From a bacterium (GTDB lineage: Bacteria; Patescibacteriota; Minisyncoccia; Phycocordibacterales; Phycocordibacteraceae): a DNA stretch of 64,000 bases. Position numbers and translations under genes: made by a program. This document shows, piece after piece, positions 51,071 through 60,886 of the stretch (its first letter is position 1; each line of letters starts with the position of its first letter). Where the stretch lies: contig JBBCGK010000001.1 of NCBI GenBank assembly GCA_037200965.1, forward strand, positions 64,001 through 128,000, given 5' to 3'. The notes under the pieces were generated by a model. The model saw nothing but the letters and a program-made list of their open reading frames with translations, had not been told where the DNA came from and searched no databases.

Positions 51071-52023
51071 ATACGAACGACCTTAGGGAGCTGGCGGCAA
51101 ATACCCGCGTATCGCGCGAGTCGGCGCTCGCGCTCCTTGCCTGCGTCGCGATACTCGCGCTTTTCATAGTGATTCCTTCAAAGCCTAAATCGGAAGCCGC
51201 GCCGGTCGTAACCGCGGCCACGAGCGCTCCTCCCGACGCCTACCAAAACCTGCCGCTTCAGGGGAAGGCGGCGATCGTGTACGACCTCACGACGAATGAG
51301 ACGCTCTTCGCGAAAAATGCGGACGCGCAGCTCCCGCTCGCATCCCTCACGAAACTCCTCACCGTCTACGCCGCGGTCCATGAGCTCGGGCTCAATACGA
51401 CCATAACCATGACGCCGGAAGCGCTTTCGGTCGACGGCGTAAACGGGATAAGCGGGCTCTCGGCAGGAGAGCGCTTCACCCTCAAGGATCTCGCTTCGCT
51501 CACGCTCACGGCGTCCGTGAACGCAGGCGCGACGCAGCTTGCGCTCTCGACCGCGGAGCGCGGCGGGAAGAGTCCCGAGGATAGCCTTGCCGCCGCCGCA
51601 TCCGCCGCGGGTCTTTCCGAAACCTATGCGCTTAACGGGAGCGGGCTCGACGTGTCGGAAGCGGTCTCCGGCGGCTATGGCTCGGCACGCGACGTGGCGC
51701 TCCTTGCGGGGGCGCTCCTTCGGGAAGCGCCTTCGATCGCCGAAGCGACGACGCGTTCCTCCGTCTCTATTTCCTCGGAAGCAGGGAAAGCGCATACGCT
51801 CAAAAACACCAACCAGGGCGTGATCCATACCTCAAGCGTATTGCTTTCGAAGACCGGCTATACCGACCTTGCGGGAGGGAACCTGGTCGTCGTCTTCGAT
51901 GCGGGAATCGCGCACCCGGTGGCGGTCGCCATTCTCGGTTCGACGCAGGACGCGCGCTTCAGCGACGTGGATACGCTCGTTGCCGCAACGCTCGCGCACT
52001 TTTCCGGTACCGCCTCGCTATGA
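51067..52023 (+). CDS. D-alanyl-D-alanine carboxypeptidase (S11 penicillin-binding protein)
   Basis: N-terminal TM; SLTKLLT (SxxK) and SKTGYT (KTG) motifs. Confidence 0.8.
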   Translation: MNTNDLRELAANTRVSRESALALLACVAILALFIVIPSKPKSEAAPVVTAATSAPPDAYQNLPLQGKAAIVYDLTTNETLFAKNADAQLPLASLTKLLTVYAAVHELGLNTTITMTPEALSVDGVNGISGLSAGERFTLKDLASLTLTASVNAGATQLALSTAERGGKSPEDSLAAAASAAGLSETYALNGSGLDVSEAVSGGYGSARDVALLAGALLREAPSIAEATTRSSVSISSEAGKAHTLKNTNQGVIHTSSVLLSKTGYTDLAGGNLVVVFDAGIAHPVAVAILGSTQDARFSDVDTLVAATLAHFSGTASL

Positions 52024-53096
52024 ACGGAACCGACATCATTAAAATCTTCGTTCCGGCGACGCTCGCGTTTATCGCGGGCATCGCGCTCGCGCCTTTGCTC
52101 ACCCACTATCTCTATAAATACAGGGTCTGGAAGAAGACCGAGGGCAAGATAGCGCTCGACGGCACGCGCGCGGTCGAATTCGAGAAGCTGCGCACCACGG
52201 TCCACGCCGGGACCGAGACCAAGACCCCGCGCATGGGGGGCGTACTTATCTGGGCGAGCGTCGTCGTCGTGACGCTTGGGATCTGGGTGCTTGCGCGCAT
52301 AACGCCGTTCGCTTCGCTTGATAAGCTCGATTTCCTGAGCAGAAGCCAGACCTGGATTCCGCTCTTTACACTGCTTGCGGGAGCGCTCATGGGGCTTATG
52401 AACGACGCGCTCGATATCCTTCCGGGAGGAGAGCGGGGGATCCGGCTTCGGACCCGCCTCCTCTTCGTCGCGCTGGTCGCGCTTTTCATCGGCTCCTGGT
52501 TCTATGCGAAGCTCGGCGTCGTCGCGGTCGCGCTCCCGCTTCACGGCGTGATAACGCTCGGGTGGCTTATCATTCCGTTCTTCGTAATCCTCACGCTCGT
52601 CCTCTATGCGGGCGGCGTGATCGACGGCATCGACGGGCTCTCGGGCGGCGTGTTCGCGAGTATTTTCATGGCATACAGCGGCATCGCGCTCTTCCAGGAT
52701 CGGATAAACCTCGCGGCTTTCTGCGCAACCCTGGCGGGCGCCATCCTCGCGTTCCTCTGGTTCAATATCCCTCCCGCGCGGTTCTGGATGACCGAGACCG
52801 GGACCATGGGACTCACTATGACCGTCGCGGCGGTCGCCTTCATGACCGATACGCTCGGGGGCGGATACGGCCTCGCCGCGCTTCCCGTGATCGCGCTTCC
52901 TCTCTTCGCCACCGTCTTTTCAAACGTGCTCCAGGTGCTCTCGAAGAAATTCCGCGGGAAGAAGCTCTTCAGGATCGCGCCCCTCCACCATCACTTCGAA
53001 GCGGTCGGCTGGCCGTCCTATAAGGTGACGATGCGGTATTGGATACTCTCGATCATCTGCGCGATTATCGGCATGAGCATCGCCCTCATCAAATAG
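52020..53096 (+). CDS. mraY: phospho-N-acetylmuramoyl-pentapeptide transferase
   Basis: Polytopic; conserved ...LMNDALD... and GGVIDGIDGLSGG motifs; ATGA overlap with the upstream gene. Confidence 0.85.
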   Translation: MNGTDIIKIFVPATLAFIAGIALAPLLTHYLYKYRVWKKTEGKIALDGTRAVEFEKLRTTVHAGTETKTPRMGGVLIWASVVVVTLGIWVLARITPFASLDKLDFLSRSQTWIPLFTLLAGALMGLMNDALDILPGGERGIRLRTRLLFVALVALFIGSWFYAKLGVVAVALPLHGVITLGWLIIPFFVILTLVLYAGGVIDGIDGLSGGVFASIFMAYSGIALFQDRINLAAFCATLAGAILAFLWFNIPPARFWMTETGTMGLTMTVAAVAFMTDTLGGGYGLAALPVIALPLFATVFSNVLQVLSKKFRGKKLFRIAPLHHHFEAVGWPSYKVTMRYWILSIICAIIGMSIALIK

Positions 53097-53097
53097 C

Positions 53098-54201
53098 ATG
53101 CGCTCCTTCTCCGGAGACCGGACATTCCTCGGGATCGTCACCATCCTCGCCCTTGGCGGCATCGCGATCTTCTCCTCGGCGGCGCTCGGTCTTCTCGCGC
53201 GGACCGGCAGCGCCGTCTCCCATGAGATTCTTTCGCAGGCCGTCCTCGGGCTCGGGGGAGGTATCGTCGCGTTCATCATCGCGCGGCGCGTTCCGCTCTC
53301 GTTCGTTCGCAAAGCTGCTCCGTATGCCTTCCTCGCGTCGCTTGCGCTCACGCTTCTGGTCTTCGTGCCGGGGCTCGGGACGCACGCGAACGGCGCGACG
53401 CGCTGGATCGATGTCGGCTTCACGACCATCCAGCCTGCGGAATTCCTCAAGATCGGCGTGGTGCTCATGATGGCGTGGTACCTCGCGAAGTACGCCCGGC
53501 AGCTCCATGATTTCACCAAGGGCCTTCTCCCGTTCATCGTGATCGTCGGCATCCCGGCGCTCGTGCTTCTCATGCAGCCCAACACCTCGACCACCCTCCT
53601 CATCGGCTCGACCGCGGCGGTGATGTATTTTGCGGCCGGGGCTCCGTGGAGGGATTTCGGCGTGCTGCTGGTTCTCGCGCTTGTGGCCGGAGGCGCGATC
53701 CTCTTCCTTCGCCCCTACGCGCTCGAGCGGGTCATGACGTTCATCAATCCGTCCGAGAACTCGCTCGATTCGAGCTATCAGATACAGCAGTCCCTTATCG
53801 CCGTCGGCTCCGGGGGCCTTGCGGGGCGGGGATTCGGCGAGAGCGTGCAGAAATTCAATTATCTTCCCGAGCCTGACGGCGACTCGGTCTTCGCGGTCTT
53901 CGCCGAAGAGTGCGGGTTCATAGGCGCGGTGCTGTTGGTGCTTTTGTTCGCGGCTTTGGCCGCGCGCGGGATTGTGATAGCGGGGGAGTCGCGCGACATG
54001 TTCGGCGGCCTCATCGCGCTCGGGCTTTCCTGGCTCATTGCATTCCAGGCGTTCGTCAATATGAGTGCCATGCTCGGCATTATTCCGCTTACGGGCCTCC
54101 CGCTTCCGTTCGTCTCCCACGGCGGTACGGCGCTCCTGGTGGTATTGGCCTGCGCCGGGCTTATTTTAAATATCGCGGCGCATAGGAAGCAGACGACGTA
54201 G
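53098..54201 (+). CDS. ftsW: SEDS-family peptidoglycan glycosyltransferase FtsW/RodA
   Basis: 10-TM SEDS protein; ...IQPAEFLKIGVVLMMAWYL..., ...VSHGGTALL... motifs; located between mraY and murG. Confidence 0.8.
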   Translation: MRSFSGDRTFLGIVTILALGGIAIFSSAALGLLARTGSAVSHEILSQAVLGLGGGIVAFIIARRVPLSFVRKAAPYAFLASLALTLLVFVPGLGTHANGATRWIDVGFTTIQPAEFLKIGVVLMMAWYLAKYARQLHDFTKGLLPFIVIVGIPALVLLMQPNTSTTLLIGSTAAVMYFAAGAPWRDFGVLLVLALVAGGAILFLRPYALERVMTFINPSENSLDSSYQIQQSLIAVGSGGLAGRGFGESVQKFNYLPEPDGDSVFAVFAEECGFIGAVLLVLLFAALAARGIVIAGESRDMFGGLIALGLSWLIAFQAFVNMSAMLGIIPLTGLPLPFVSHGGTALLVVLACAGLILNIAAHRKQTT

Positions 54202-54212
54202 CATTAAAAGCG

Positions 54213-54240
54213 AAACGGCGCGTGTTTCCACGCGCCGTTT
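54213..54240. terminator. bidirectional hairpin terminator
   Basis: aaacggcgcgtg-tttcc-acgcgccgttt. Confidence 0.65.
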
Positions 54241-54260
54241 AGTATTCATTTGTAACCGAA

Positions 54261-54467
54261 TCAATCTTTCAGCTCCCCGATTGCTTGGGCAATCAGGAAG
54301 CTGGCGCTGAGGATGATGAAACCGATTCCGAAAGCACAGAACGCCATCGAGAATTCAAGGCTCGGAATCGGGAGGGACCTGCCATACATCGGAAGAATCA
54401 TCGGCAAAGCGATTCCATGGGCGATGCAGAGTTGGCCGACGACAAAGGGAAAGAAAGCTTTTTCCAT
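54261..54467 (-). CDS. small membrane protein
   Basis: 68 aa, two TM; minus-strand GGAGG RBS 8 nt before ATG. Confidence 0.5.
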   Translation of the reverse strand: MEKAFFPFVVGQLCIAHGIALPMILPMYGRSLPIPSLEFSMAFCAFGIGFIILSASFLIAQAIGELKD

Positions 54468-54564
54468 ACTGCTAACCTCCTGGGCTGGTTTGAGCGGATC
54501 AGCTCCGCAAGATCAATTACTTAAATATCTTAGCATTATGCGTATATATTGTCAATACATGCAC

Positions 54565-55580
54565 TCGAATTCCAGCCTGAAACGCAACAACTGACTTCTT
54601 GAAAAGCGCATACCCGCAGGTACGCTAGGAGCGTTGAACCACCTAAGCGCCATACGGGTATGCACACGCATCTTAACCGCGACCGCAGGGTCGCGCTAGC
54701 CGCTTTGAAAAAAGCGGGAATGAACCAGTCAAGAATCGCGAAGGAGCTCGGCGTACACCGCTCGACGATCAGCCGGGAGCTCCTGCGAAATGCACAGAAG
54801 AACGGTCGATACCATTCGATATGCGCGGATCGCCTCGCGCGCGGCCGAAGGAAAGGGTCGAAGAGAGAATCGCGCCTCCTTGAGAATGATGCGGGTCTGG
54901 AGACGCTCGTCGAGGCGCTCCTCGATCCTCTGGTATCTCCCGAACTGATCGCGCACGAACTCGGTATCAGCCACGAGACCATATACGCATGGATCTCGCG
55001 CTCAAGGCGCGATTTGCTGCCGCGGCTTCCGCAGCGCGGGAAGAAACGGAGACGATACGGCTTAAAACGCTCGAAGAAACAAGGCTGGACACGGCAGGTG
55101 CGCTGCATCGGGGAGCGGCCCGAAGCAGGAGAGAATTGGGAGGGCGATACCGTCAAAGGACGGACGAGAGCGAGACTGCTCGCGCACGTCGAGCGGCGAA
55201 GCCTCTATACGGTCGCCGATCTCATGCCGAACGGTACTGCAGATTCGGTGCATGCAGTATTGAAAAAACATCAGAAGATATCCGGTACGGTCACGTATGA
55301 CCGCGGCAGCGAGTTCGCGCTCTGGCAGATGATCGAGCGCGATACCGGCGCAGCGATCTATTTTGCCGATCCGCACCACCCCTGGCAGCGCGGGAAGAAC
55401 GAGAACACTAACGGAAGACTGAGAAGAATGTACCCGAAGCGTTTCGACTTCGGTACGATACGGCAACGGGACCTCGACGCCGTGGTGTCGCTCATGAACC
55501 ACACCAAGCGAAAGTCCCTCTCTTGGCGGACGCCGTGTTCGCTCTTCAGGGGTGAGTGTTGCGATTCAGATTAGAATTTA
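54565..55580 (+). mobile_element. IS30-family insertion sequence, copy 2 (about 1016 bp), inserted in the ftsW-murG intergenic region
   Basis: Left IR ...GAATTCCAGCCTGAAACGCAACAAC and right IR GTGTTGCGATTCAGATTAGAATTTAA; same orientation as copy 1; about 85-90% IR identity. Confidence 0.85.
54660..55574 (+). CDS. IS30 family transposase (about 70% identical to copy 1)
   Basis: GVHRSTISRELLRN HTH; HHPWQRGKNENTNGRLRR; 304 aa. Confidence 0.9.
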   Translation: MHTHLNRDRRVALAALKKAGMNQSRIAKELGVHRSTISRELLRNAQKNGRYHSICADRLARGRRKGSKRESRLLENDAGLETLVEALLDPLVSPELIAHELGISHETIYAWISRSRRDLLPRLPQRGKKRRRYGLKRSKKQGWTRQVRCIGERPEAGENWEGDTVKGRTRARLLAHVERRSLYTVADLMPNGTADSVHAVLKKHQKISGTVTYDRGSEFALWQMIERDTGAAIYFADPHHPWQRGKNENTNGRLRRMYPKRFDFGTIRQRDLDAVVSLMNHTKRKSLSWRTPCSLFRGECCDSD

Positions 55581-55631
55581 AGGCGTATGCGTAGTAAAGG
55601 CCAATAAGTACGGGATGCTATACTTCTCCCC

Positions 55632-56771
55632 ATGAAAATCGTGTTCACCGGAGGCGGCTCGGGCGGCCATTTCTATCCGATCATCGCCATTGCAGAAGCG
55701 ATACACAACCAGGTGCGCGAACAGCGCCTCGTCGCTCCCAAGCTGTACTACGTCGGCCCCTCTGCCTTCGATGAGCAGGCACTGTTCGGCGAGAGCATTA
55801 CTTTTATAAAAAGCGCGGCGGGAAAGCTCCGCCGCTATCCTTCGCTCTGGAATATCACCGATCTCTTCGTAACGGCGTTCGGCATCCTCTGGTGCCTCGT
55901 GACGCTCTTCCGGATTTATCCGGACGTCGTCGTCTCGACCGGCGGCTATATGAGCGTGCCGACAATACTCGCGGCGCATTTCCTTGGTATCCCGATCGTT
56001 GTCCACGAGTCCGATGCGAAACCCGGAAGGGCGAACTTGCTTGCTTCCAGATATGCGGCCCGCATCGCGATCGCGTTTGACAGCGCCGCCGCCTACTTCC
56101 CGAAGAAAGCACAGCCGCACGTCGCCCGCACGGGCATCGCGGTGCGCTCGGCGCTCTGGCGGCTCGAGCCTGAAGGCGCGAATCAGGAACTCGGGCTTGA
56201 TACGAGCGTGCCGACCGTCTTTATCGTGGGCGGCTCCCTGGGTTCCAAGCGCATCAATGAGACCGTCCTCTCCGCGCTTCCAGGGCTTGTCGAATCAGTG
56301 AACGTAATCCATCAGACCGGCGCGGCGCACATCAAGGAGGTCGAGGCCACGGCGAAGGTGATTCTCGAAGGCGACCGGAACGCGACCCGGTACCATCCTG
56401 TCGCTTACTTGTCCGTCCGCGCACTCCAGCAGGCGGCAGGTGCGGCAACGGTGGTCGTATCTCGCGCGGGGGCCGGGACTATTACGGAGATATCGCTCTG
56501 GAAGAAGCCCGCGATACTCATTCCTATTCCGGAATCCATAAGCCACGACCAGCGCACGAACGCCTATGCCTATGCCCATACGGGAGCCGCGGTCGTGATC
56601 GAAGAGGCGAATCTCGCCCCCCACCTCCTTACGTCCGAAGTGAAGCGGATCGCGCTTGATAAGGAGCTTTCCGCCTCGATGGCGGAGAAAGGCGCTGGAT
56701 TTGCGGATCCCGACGCCGCAAAGCTGATCGCGGGCGAGGTTCTTAAGATCGCGCTTTCGCACGAGGAATAA
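55632..56771 (+). CDS. murG: undecaprenyldiphospho-muramoylpentapeptide beta-N-acetylglucosaminyltransferase
   Basis: MKIVFTGGGSGGHFYPIIAIAEA... N-terminal G-loop; GT28 fold; TGcTATACT -10 lies 7 nt before the ATG. Confidence 0.85.
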   Translation: MKIVFTGGGSGGHFYPIIAIAEAIHNQVREQRLVAPKLYYVGPSAFDEQALFGESITFIKSAAGKLRRYPSLWNITDLFVTAFGILWCLVTLFRIYPDVVVSTGGYMSVPTILAAHFLGIPIVVHESDAKPGRANLLASRYAARIAIAFDSAAAYFPKKAQPHVARTGIAVRSALWRLEPEGANQELGLDTSVPTVFIVGGSLGSKRINETVLSALPGLVESVNVIHQTGAAHIKEVEATAKVILEGDRNATRYHPVAYLSVRALQQAAGAATVVVSRAGAGTITEISLWKKPAILIPIPESISHDQRTNAYAYAHTGAAVVIEEANLAPHLLTSEVKRIALDKELSASMAEKGAGFADPDAAKLIAGEVLKIALSHEE

Positions 56772-56774
56772 CGT

Positions 56775-58100
56775 ATGGTCGTCACCCGCATTCCGCCCTC
56801 GCCGACCGGCAAGCTTCACATCGGGACCGCGCGCACCGCGCTTTTCAATTATCTCTACGCCCGCAACCAAGGCGGCACGATCGTGTTCCGGAGCGAAGAC
56901 ACGGATCGCGAGCGGAGCAAGCGCGAATACGAAGACGAAATCGTCGAAGGCCTTTCGTGGCTCGGACTGTCCTGGGATTCCTTTTCCCGCCAGAGCGAAC
57001 AGGCCCCGCGGCACCAGGAACTTCTCGAAAAGATAATCGCGGAAGAGAAAGCGTACGTGTCCGAGGAGGAAAGCAAGAACGAGGCGGGGAAGAGGGTCGA
57101 AGTGGTCCGGCTCAAAAACCCAGGCCGTTCGATATCCTTCCACGACGAGATCCGCGGGGAGATCACGTTCGATACCGCGGAACTCGGCGACTTCGTCATC
57201 GCGCGCGCGATCGACGACCCGCTCTATCACTTCGCCGTCGTCGCCGATGATTTGGATGCGGGCGTGACGCACGTCATCCGCGGCGAGGACCATATTTCAA
57301 ACACGACGCGCCAGATACTCATCCAGGAGGCGCTCGGCGCACCCCGGCCCGCGTATGCGCACCTGCCCCTTATCCTCGACGCGAAGCGCGCGAAGCTTTC
57401 GAAACGAAACGGGGATACGGTGGGACTCGCAGAATACCGCGCGGAAGGTTTTCTCCCCGAAGCGCTCATAAACTATCTCGCGCTCCTCGGGTGGAACCCA
57501 GGAACGACGGAAGAGTATTTCTCCCTTGCCGAGCTTGTCGAACGCTTCTCATTCGACGGCGTACAGAAGGGAGGCGCGATTTTCGACCGGACGAAGCTGC
57601 TCTCCATAAACCAGCACTGGATGCGCGGATTGTCGGATAACGAGTATATCGCGCGCGGCGAACTCAAGGCACCGGATGAAGCGAAGCTCCGCAAGGCCCT
57701 GCCGCTGCTTCGCGACCGCGCGAAAACATTCGGGGAAGCCAGAGAAATGCTTCTCGGCGAGCTTGCCTGTCTTTTCTCCGCTCCGACACCCGAAGCAAGC
57801 CAACTCAAAGCCAAGGAACCGGAAGGGGAAGGGGAAGCTGCCAAAAGCCATTTAAGGGCAGCGCGAGCACTTGTGGAAGGGCTTAGCAGCTTCTCTTCCC
57901 CCGAGGCTATAAAAGAGGTGCTTATGCCATACGCCGACGGCATCCCGAAGGAAGCGGGCGGCAGGGGCGCGGTCCTCTGGCCCCTTCGATATGCGCTTTC
58001 AGGACAAGAACGCTCTCCGGACCCTTTCAGCCTCATCCATATACTCGGGAAAGAAGAATCGCTCGCGCGCATCGATACTGCGCTTGGTATACTGGAGTGA
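56775..58100 (+). CDS. gltX: glutamate--tRNA ligase
   Basis: PSPTGKLHIGTARTALFNY (HIGH), KLSKRNG (KMSKS); 441 aa. Confidence 0.9.
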   Translation: MVVTRIPPSPTGKLHIGTARTALFNYLYARNQGGTIVFRSEDTDRERSKREYEDEIVEGLSWLGLSWDSFSRQSEQAPRHQELLEKIIAEEKAYVSEEESKNEAGKRVEVVRLKNPGRSISFHDEIRGEITFDTAELGDFVIARAIDDPLYHFAVVADDLDAGVTHVIRGEDHISNTTRQILIQEALGAPRPAYAHLPLILDAKRAKLSKRNGDTVGLAEYRAEGFLPEALINYLALLGWNPGTTEEYFSLAELVERFSFDGVQKGGAIFDRTKLLSINQHWMRGLSDNEYIARGELKAPDEAKLRKALPLLRDRAKTFGEAREMLLGELACLFSAPTPEASQLKAKEPEGEGEAAKSHLRAARALVEGLSSFSSPEAIKEVLMPYADGIPKEAGGRGAVLWPLRYALSGQERSPDPFSLIHILGKEESLARIDTALGILE

Positions 58101-59449
58101 TGCGCTCCACGCTGCGGAAGATTCCCGCAATACTCTTTCTGATTTCGCTTGCCATCTTTTCGGCATCCTTCGCGCATCCGCTTCGGGCCGCGACCGCCGA
58201 CGAGATACAGGCCCAGATCGACGATCACAACAAGCAGATCGAAGCCCTGAACGAAGAGATCTCGAAGTATCAGGCGCAGCTCGACGTACTCGGGAAGCAG
58301 AAAACGACGCTCCAGACCACGATCAACTCGCTCACCACGTCCGCGCAGAAGATAACGGCGAATCTCAAGGTCACCCAAAACCAGATCGGCTCGGCGAACC
58401 TCAAGATCAACCAGCTCGCGCTCCAGATCGACGACAAGCAGCAGTCGATAACGGCCGATCACGCGGCGGTCGCCGAGTCGCTCCGGCGCATAAACGAAAG
58501 CGAAGCGGACACGCTCGTCGAGCAGCTCTTCTCGACCGGCACGCTCGCGGACGCATGGCGGGCGCGCGACGCTTCCGCCCAGTTCACCGCGGCGCTCAAA
58601 GGCCACGTATACGATCTTGCGAGCGCGAAGGCGGCGCTCGCGGAGAATCTCGGGCAGGTGAGAGCGACGCAGGCGAAGCTCGTCGAGCTCAAGAACGAGC
58701 TCACCACCCAGCAGCATTCGCTTGCGGTCAGCACGGCGGCCCAAAAAACACTCCTCACGCAGACGCAAAGCCAGGAGTCGACCTATCAGCAGCTCATCGC
58801 GACCAAGAAGGCTCAGCAGGCCGCGTTCGAGTCCGAACTCATCATGCTCGCCGACCAGCTGAAGCTCGCGGTCGATCCGTCGCACCTTCCGACCGTGGGA
58901 GCGGGTGTCCTGTCCTGGCCGTTCTCGGCGACCTTCATGCAGAATTGCGCGGCGCGCACGAAGGTATTCGGGAACGCGGACTGCATCACGCAGTATTTCG
59001 GCAATACCGCGTTCTCGACCGCCAATTCGCAGATATACAACGGGCACGGGCATAACGCGATCGACATCGGCGCGCCTATCGGTACGCCGGTGCTCTCGGC
59101 GCTCGGGGGAACCGTGAAGGGCACGGGAAATACGGATGCCGTTCCCGGCTGCTATTCGTTCGGAAAGTGGGTGATGATTGATCACCCGAACGGCATCTCG
59201 ACCTTGTATGCGCATCTCTCAGAGATCGACGTATCGAAAGGGCAGGCCGTCACGCGCGGACAGCAGCTCGGCTATTCCGGCATGACCGGGTACGCGACCG
59301 GCCCGCATCTCCACTTCGGCGTTTATGCGACCCAGGGCACGCAGATCATGACCTTGCAGCAATTCCGCGGCGCGGTCACTCCCTGCGCGAACGCTACCAT
59401 GCCCGTGGCGGCGATCGACGCGTATTTGAATCCGCTTTCGTACTTGTAG
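58097..59449 (+). CDS. M23 family peptidase with N-terminal coiled-coil (EnvC-like murein hydrolase activator/peptidase)
   Basis: Signal/TM, long Q/L-rich coiled coil, C-terminal LytM domain HNAIDIGAP...YAHLSEI...GYATGPHLHFGVY. Confidence 0.85.
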   Translation: MMRSTLRKIPAILFLISLAIFSASFAHPLRAATADEIQAQIDDHNKQIEALNEEISKYQAQLDVLGKQKTTLQTTINSLTTSAQKITANLKVTQNQIGSANLKINQLALQIDDKQQSITADHAAVAESLRRINESEADTLVEQLFSTGTLADAWRARDASAQFTAALKGHVYDLASAKAALAENLGQVRATQAKLVELKNELTTQQHSLAVSTAAQKTLLTQTQSQESTYQQLIATKKAQQAAFESELIMLADQLKLAVDPSHLPTVGAGVLSWPFSATFMQNCAARTKVFGNADCITQYFGNTAFSTANSQIYNGHGHNAIDIGAPIGTPVLSALGGTVKGTGNTDAVPGCYSFGKWVMIDHPNGISTLYAHLSEIDVSKGQAVTRGQQLGYSGMTGYATGPHLHFGVYATQGTQIMTLQQFRGAVTPCANATMPVAAIDAYLNPLSYL

Positions 59450-59506
59450 ACAATATAGAAAAATAAAGTAGAATGATCTTGTGCTGACTTAACGCAGGAG
59501 AGTATC

Positions 59507-59989
59507 TTGACAATCAAACTGTTACCGGTGCGCCGCCTGATGGCACCATCCTTCCCCTCAAAGCCTGTCGAGATGGCGCTCACTCTCGATACCCCGGAAG
59601 GAGAACTATTCCTTACGGGCGAATCTCGACGGAACCTCCGTAAGAAGATCGCGAGGCAACTTGCAAGGCTTGCCTACAATTCGGTCGAATTTGGAAAGGA
59701 TCGGGTTGTGTACATTGTGACTCCCGTGAACACGGAGAACGAAAGTTGCCTCGTCCTCGATTTGCGTGCCACAGAAAGCGCCTTCGATATGTGGGTGCGC
59801 GAAGGCACTCAATGCGCGGAGCAGGTTTCGCTGTTCGCCCAGGTGCTCGCAGCGGGAAACAAACCCAATCCAAGATTCCCGATAGCTTGGTGGGCTCCAA
59901 AACAACTCGTGTTCTGGTCTTTTCAGCGGAAGGTCGCCGACGCATTCTGTAACGCCGCTTCGGATCTACCGCTGATTCCGTGCATGTAA
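59507..59989 (+). CDS. hypothetical protein
   Basis: 160-aa ORF; TTG start 9 nt after AGGAGAG; AT-rich promoter-like region upstream; terminator downstream. Confidence 0.4.
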   Translation: MTIKLLPVRRLMAPSFPSKPVEMALTLDTPEGELFLTGESRRNLRKKIARQLARLAYNSVEFGKDRVVYIVTPVNTENESCLVLDLRATESAFDMWVREGTQCAEQVSLFAQVLAAGNKPNPRFPIAWWAPKQLVFWSFQRKVADAFCNAASDLPLIPCM

Positions 59990-60007
59990 CCGCTTCGTCT
60001 CCAGAAC

Positions 60008-60045
60008 CCGCTTCGCGGCTTCGGCAGCGAAGCGGTTTCTTATTT
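60008..60045. terminator. hairpin terminator between convergent genes
   Basis: ccgcttcgc-ggcttcggca-gcgaagcgg followed by tttcttattt. Confidence 0.65.
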
Positions 60046-60666
60046 ATTCCTAAGATCGTGCGACTTCCACAGCGCAAGGCACGCATAGCTGCGGTGCGGG
60101 CTCCATGACTCTGCGATTTTTAGAAGCTTCTCGCGCGGAACGCCCTTCTTGAGTTTATAAATCCGCTCCATCGAGCGTACGAGGCCGAGATCGCCGACGG
60201 AGAAGACATCGGAGCGCCCGAGCGCGAAGATGAGGAACATCTCCGCCGTCCATGCGCCGATACCCCAAACCGAGCTTAAGGAGGCGATGGCCTCGGCTTC
60301 CGGGAGACGCTTGAGCGCGAGGAGGTCGAGAGACTTGGTTTCGACCGCCTCCGCAAGCGACTTGAGCGTCTTCGCCTTCGCTCCTGAAAGTCCCGCGGCG
60401 CGAAGGGACGGGAGGGAAGCGGCGAGGATCGCCGCGGGAGTAACGCTCCCGCCGCAGGCCGCTACGACGCGTTGCCATATCGCGCGGGCCGCGCCTGTCG
60501 CAAGCTGCTGGCCCACGACCGAGCGAGAGAGCCGCTCAAAGAGTCCTTGCCTAGTCCGTACCTGCCCGAGCTCCGGCGGAAGCTCCTTTCGGACGGCCCG
60601 GGCGGCCGCATGGAGCTTCGGGTCCGCCCGCCTGAAGTGCATAAGCGCCTTGTCCCGTCCGGTCAT
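60040..60666 (-). CDS. HhH-GPD superfamily DNA glycosylase (AlkA-like DNA-3-methyladenine glycosylase II)
   Basis: ...LSSVWGIGAWTAEMFLIFALGRSDVFSVGDLGL... helix-hairpin-helix/Gly-Pro-Asp signature with catalytic Asp. Confidence 0.8.
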   Translation of the reverse strand: MTGRDKALMHFRRADPKLHAAARAVRKELPPELGQVRTRQGLFERLSRSVVGQQLATGAARAIWQRVVAACGGSVTPAAILAASLPSLRAAGLSGAKAKTLKSLAEAVETKSLDLLALKRLPEAEAIASLSSVWGIGAWTAEMFLIFALGRSDVFSVGDLGLVRSMERIYKLKKGVPREKLLKIAESWSPHRSYACLALWKSHDLRNK

Positions 60667-60686
60667 TACCCCCTATACTACTACCA

Positions 60687-60875
60687 ATGCTGAAGCTCAT
60701 ATTCTGGATCGTCGTCGGCGTCCTGGCGCTCTCTTTCTTCGGTATTTCCCTTCGCGCCATCATCACCTCGCCGATCGGCCAGGACAACCTCGGCTTCCTA
60801 TGGATGCTCGTCGTCCAGGGCTGGGATGCGATCGTGCAGTTCTTCACCTCGCTCCTTCCGCACCAGTTCGTCTAA
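60687..60875 (+). CDS. small membrane protein
   Basis: 62 aa, two TM; TATACT -10 at 60674-60679, 7 nt before the ATG. Confidence 0.45.
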   Translation: MLKLIFWIVVGVLALSFFGISLRAIITSPIGQDNLGFLWMLVVQGWDAIVQFFTSLLPHQFV

Positions 60876-60886
60876 CGTCCCCGCCG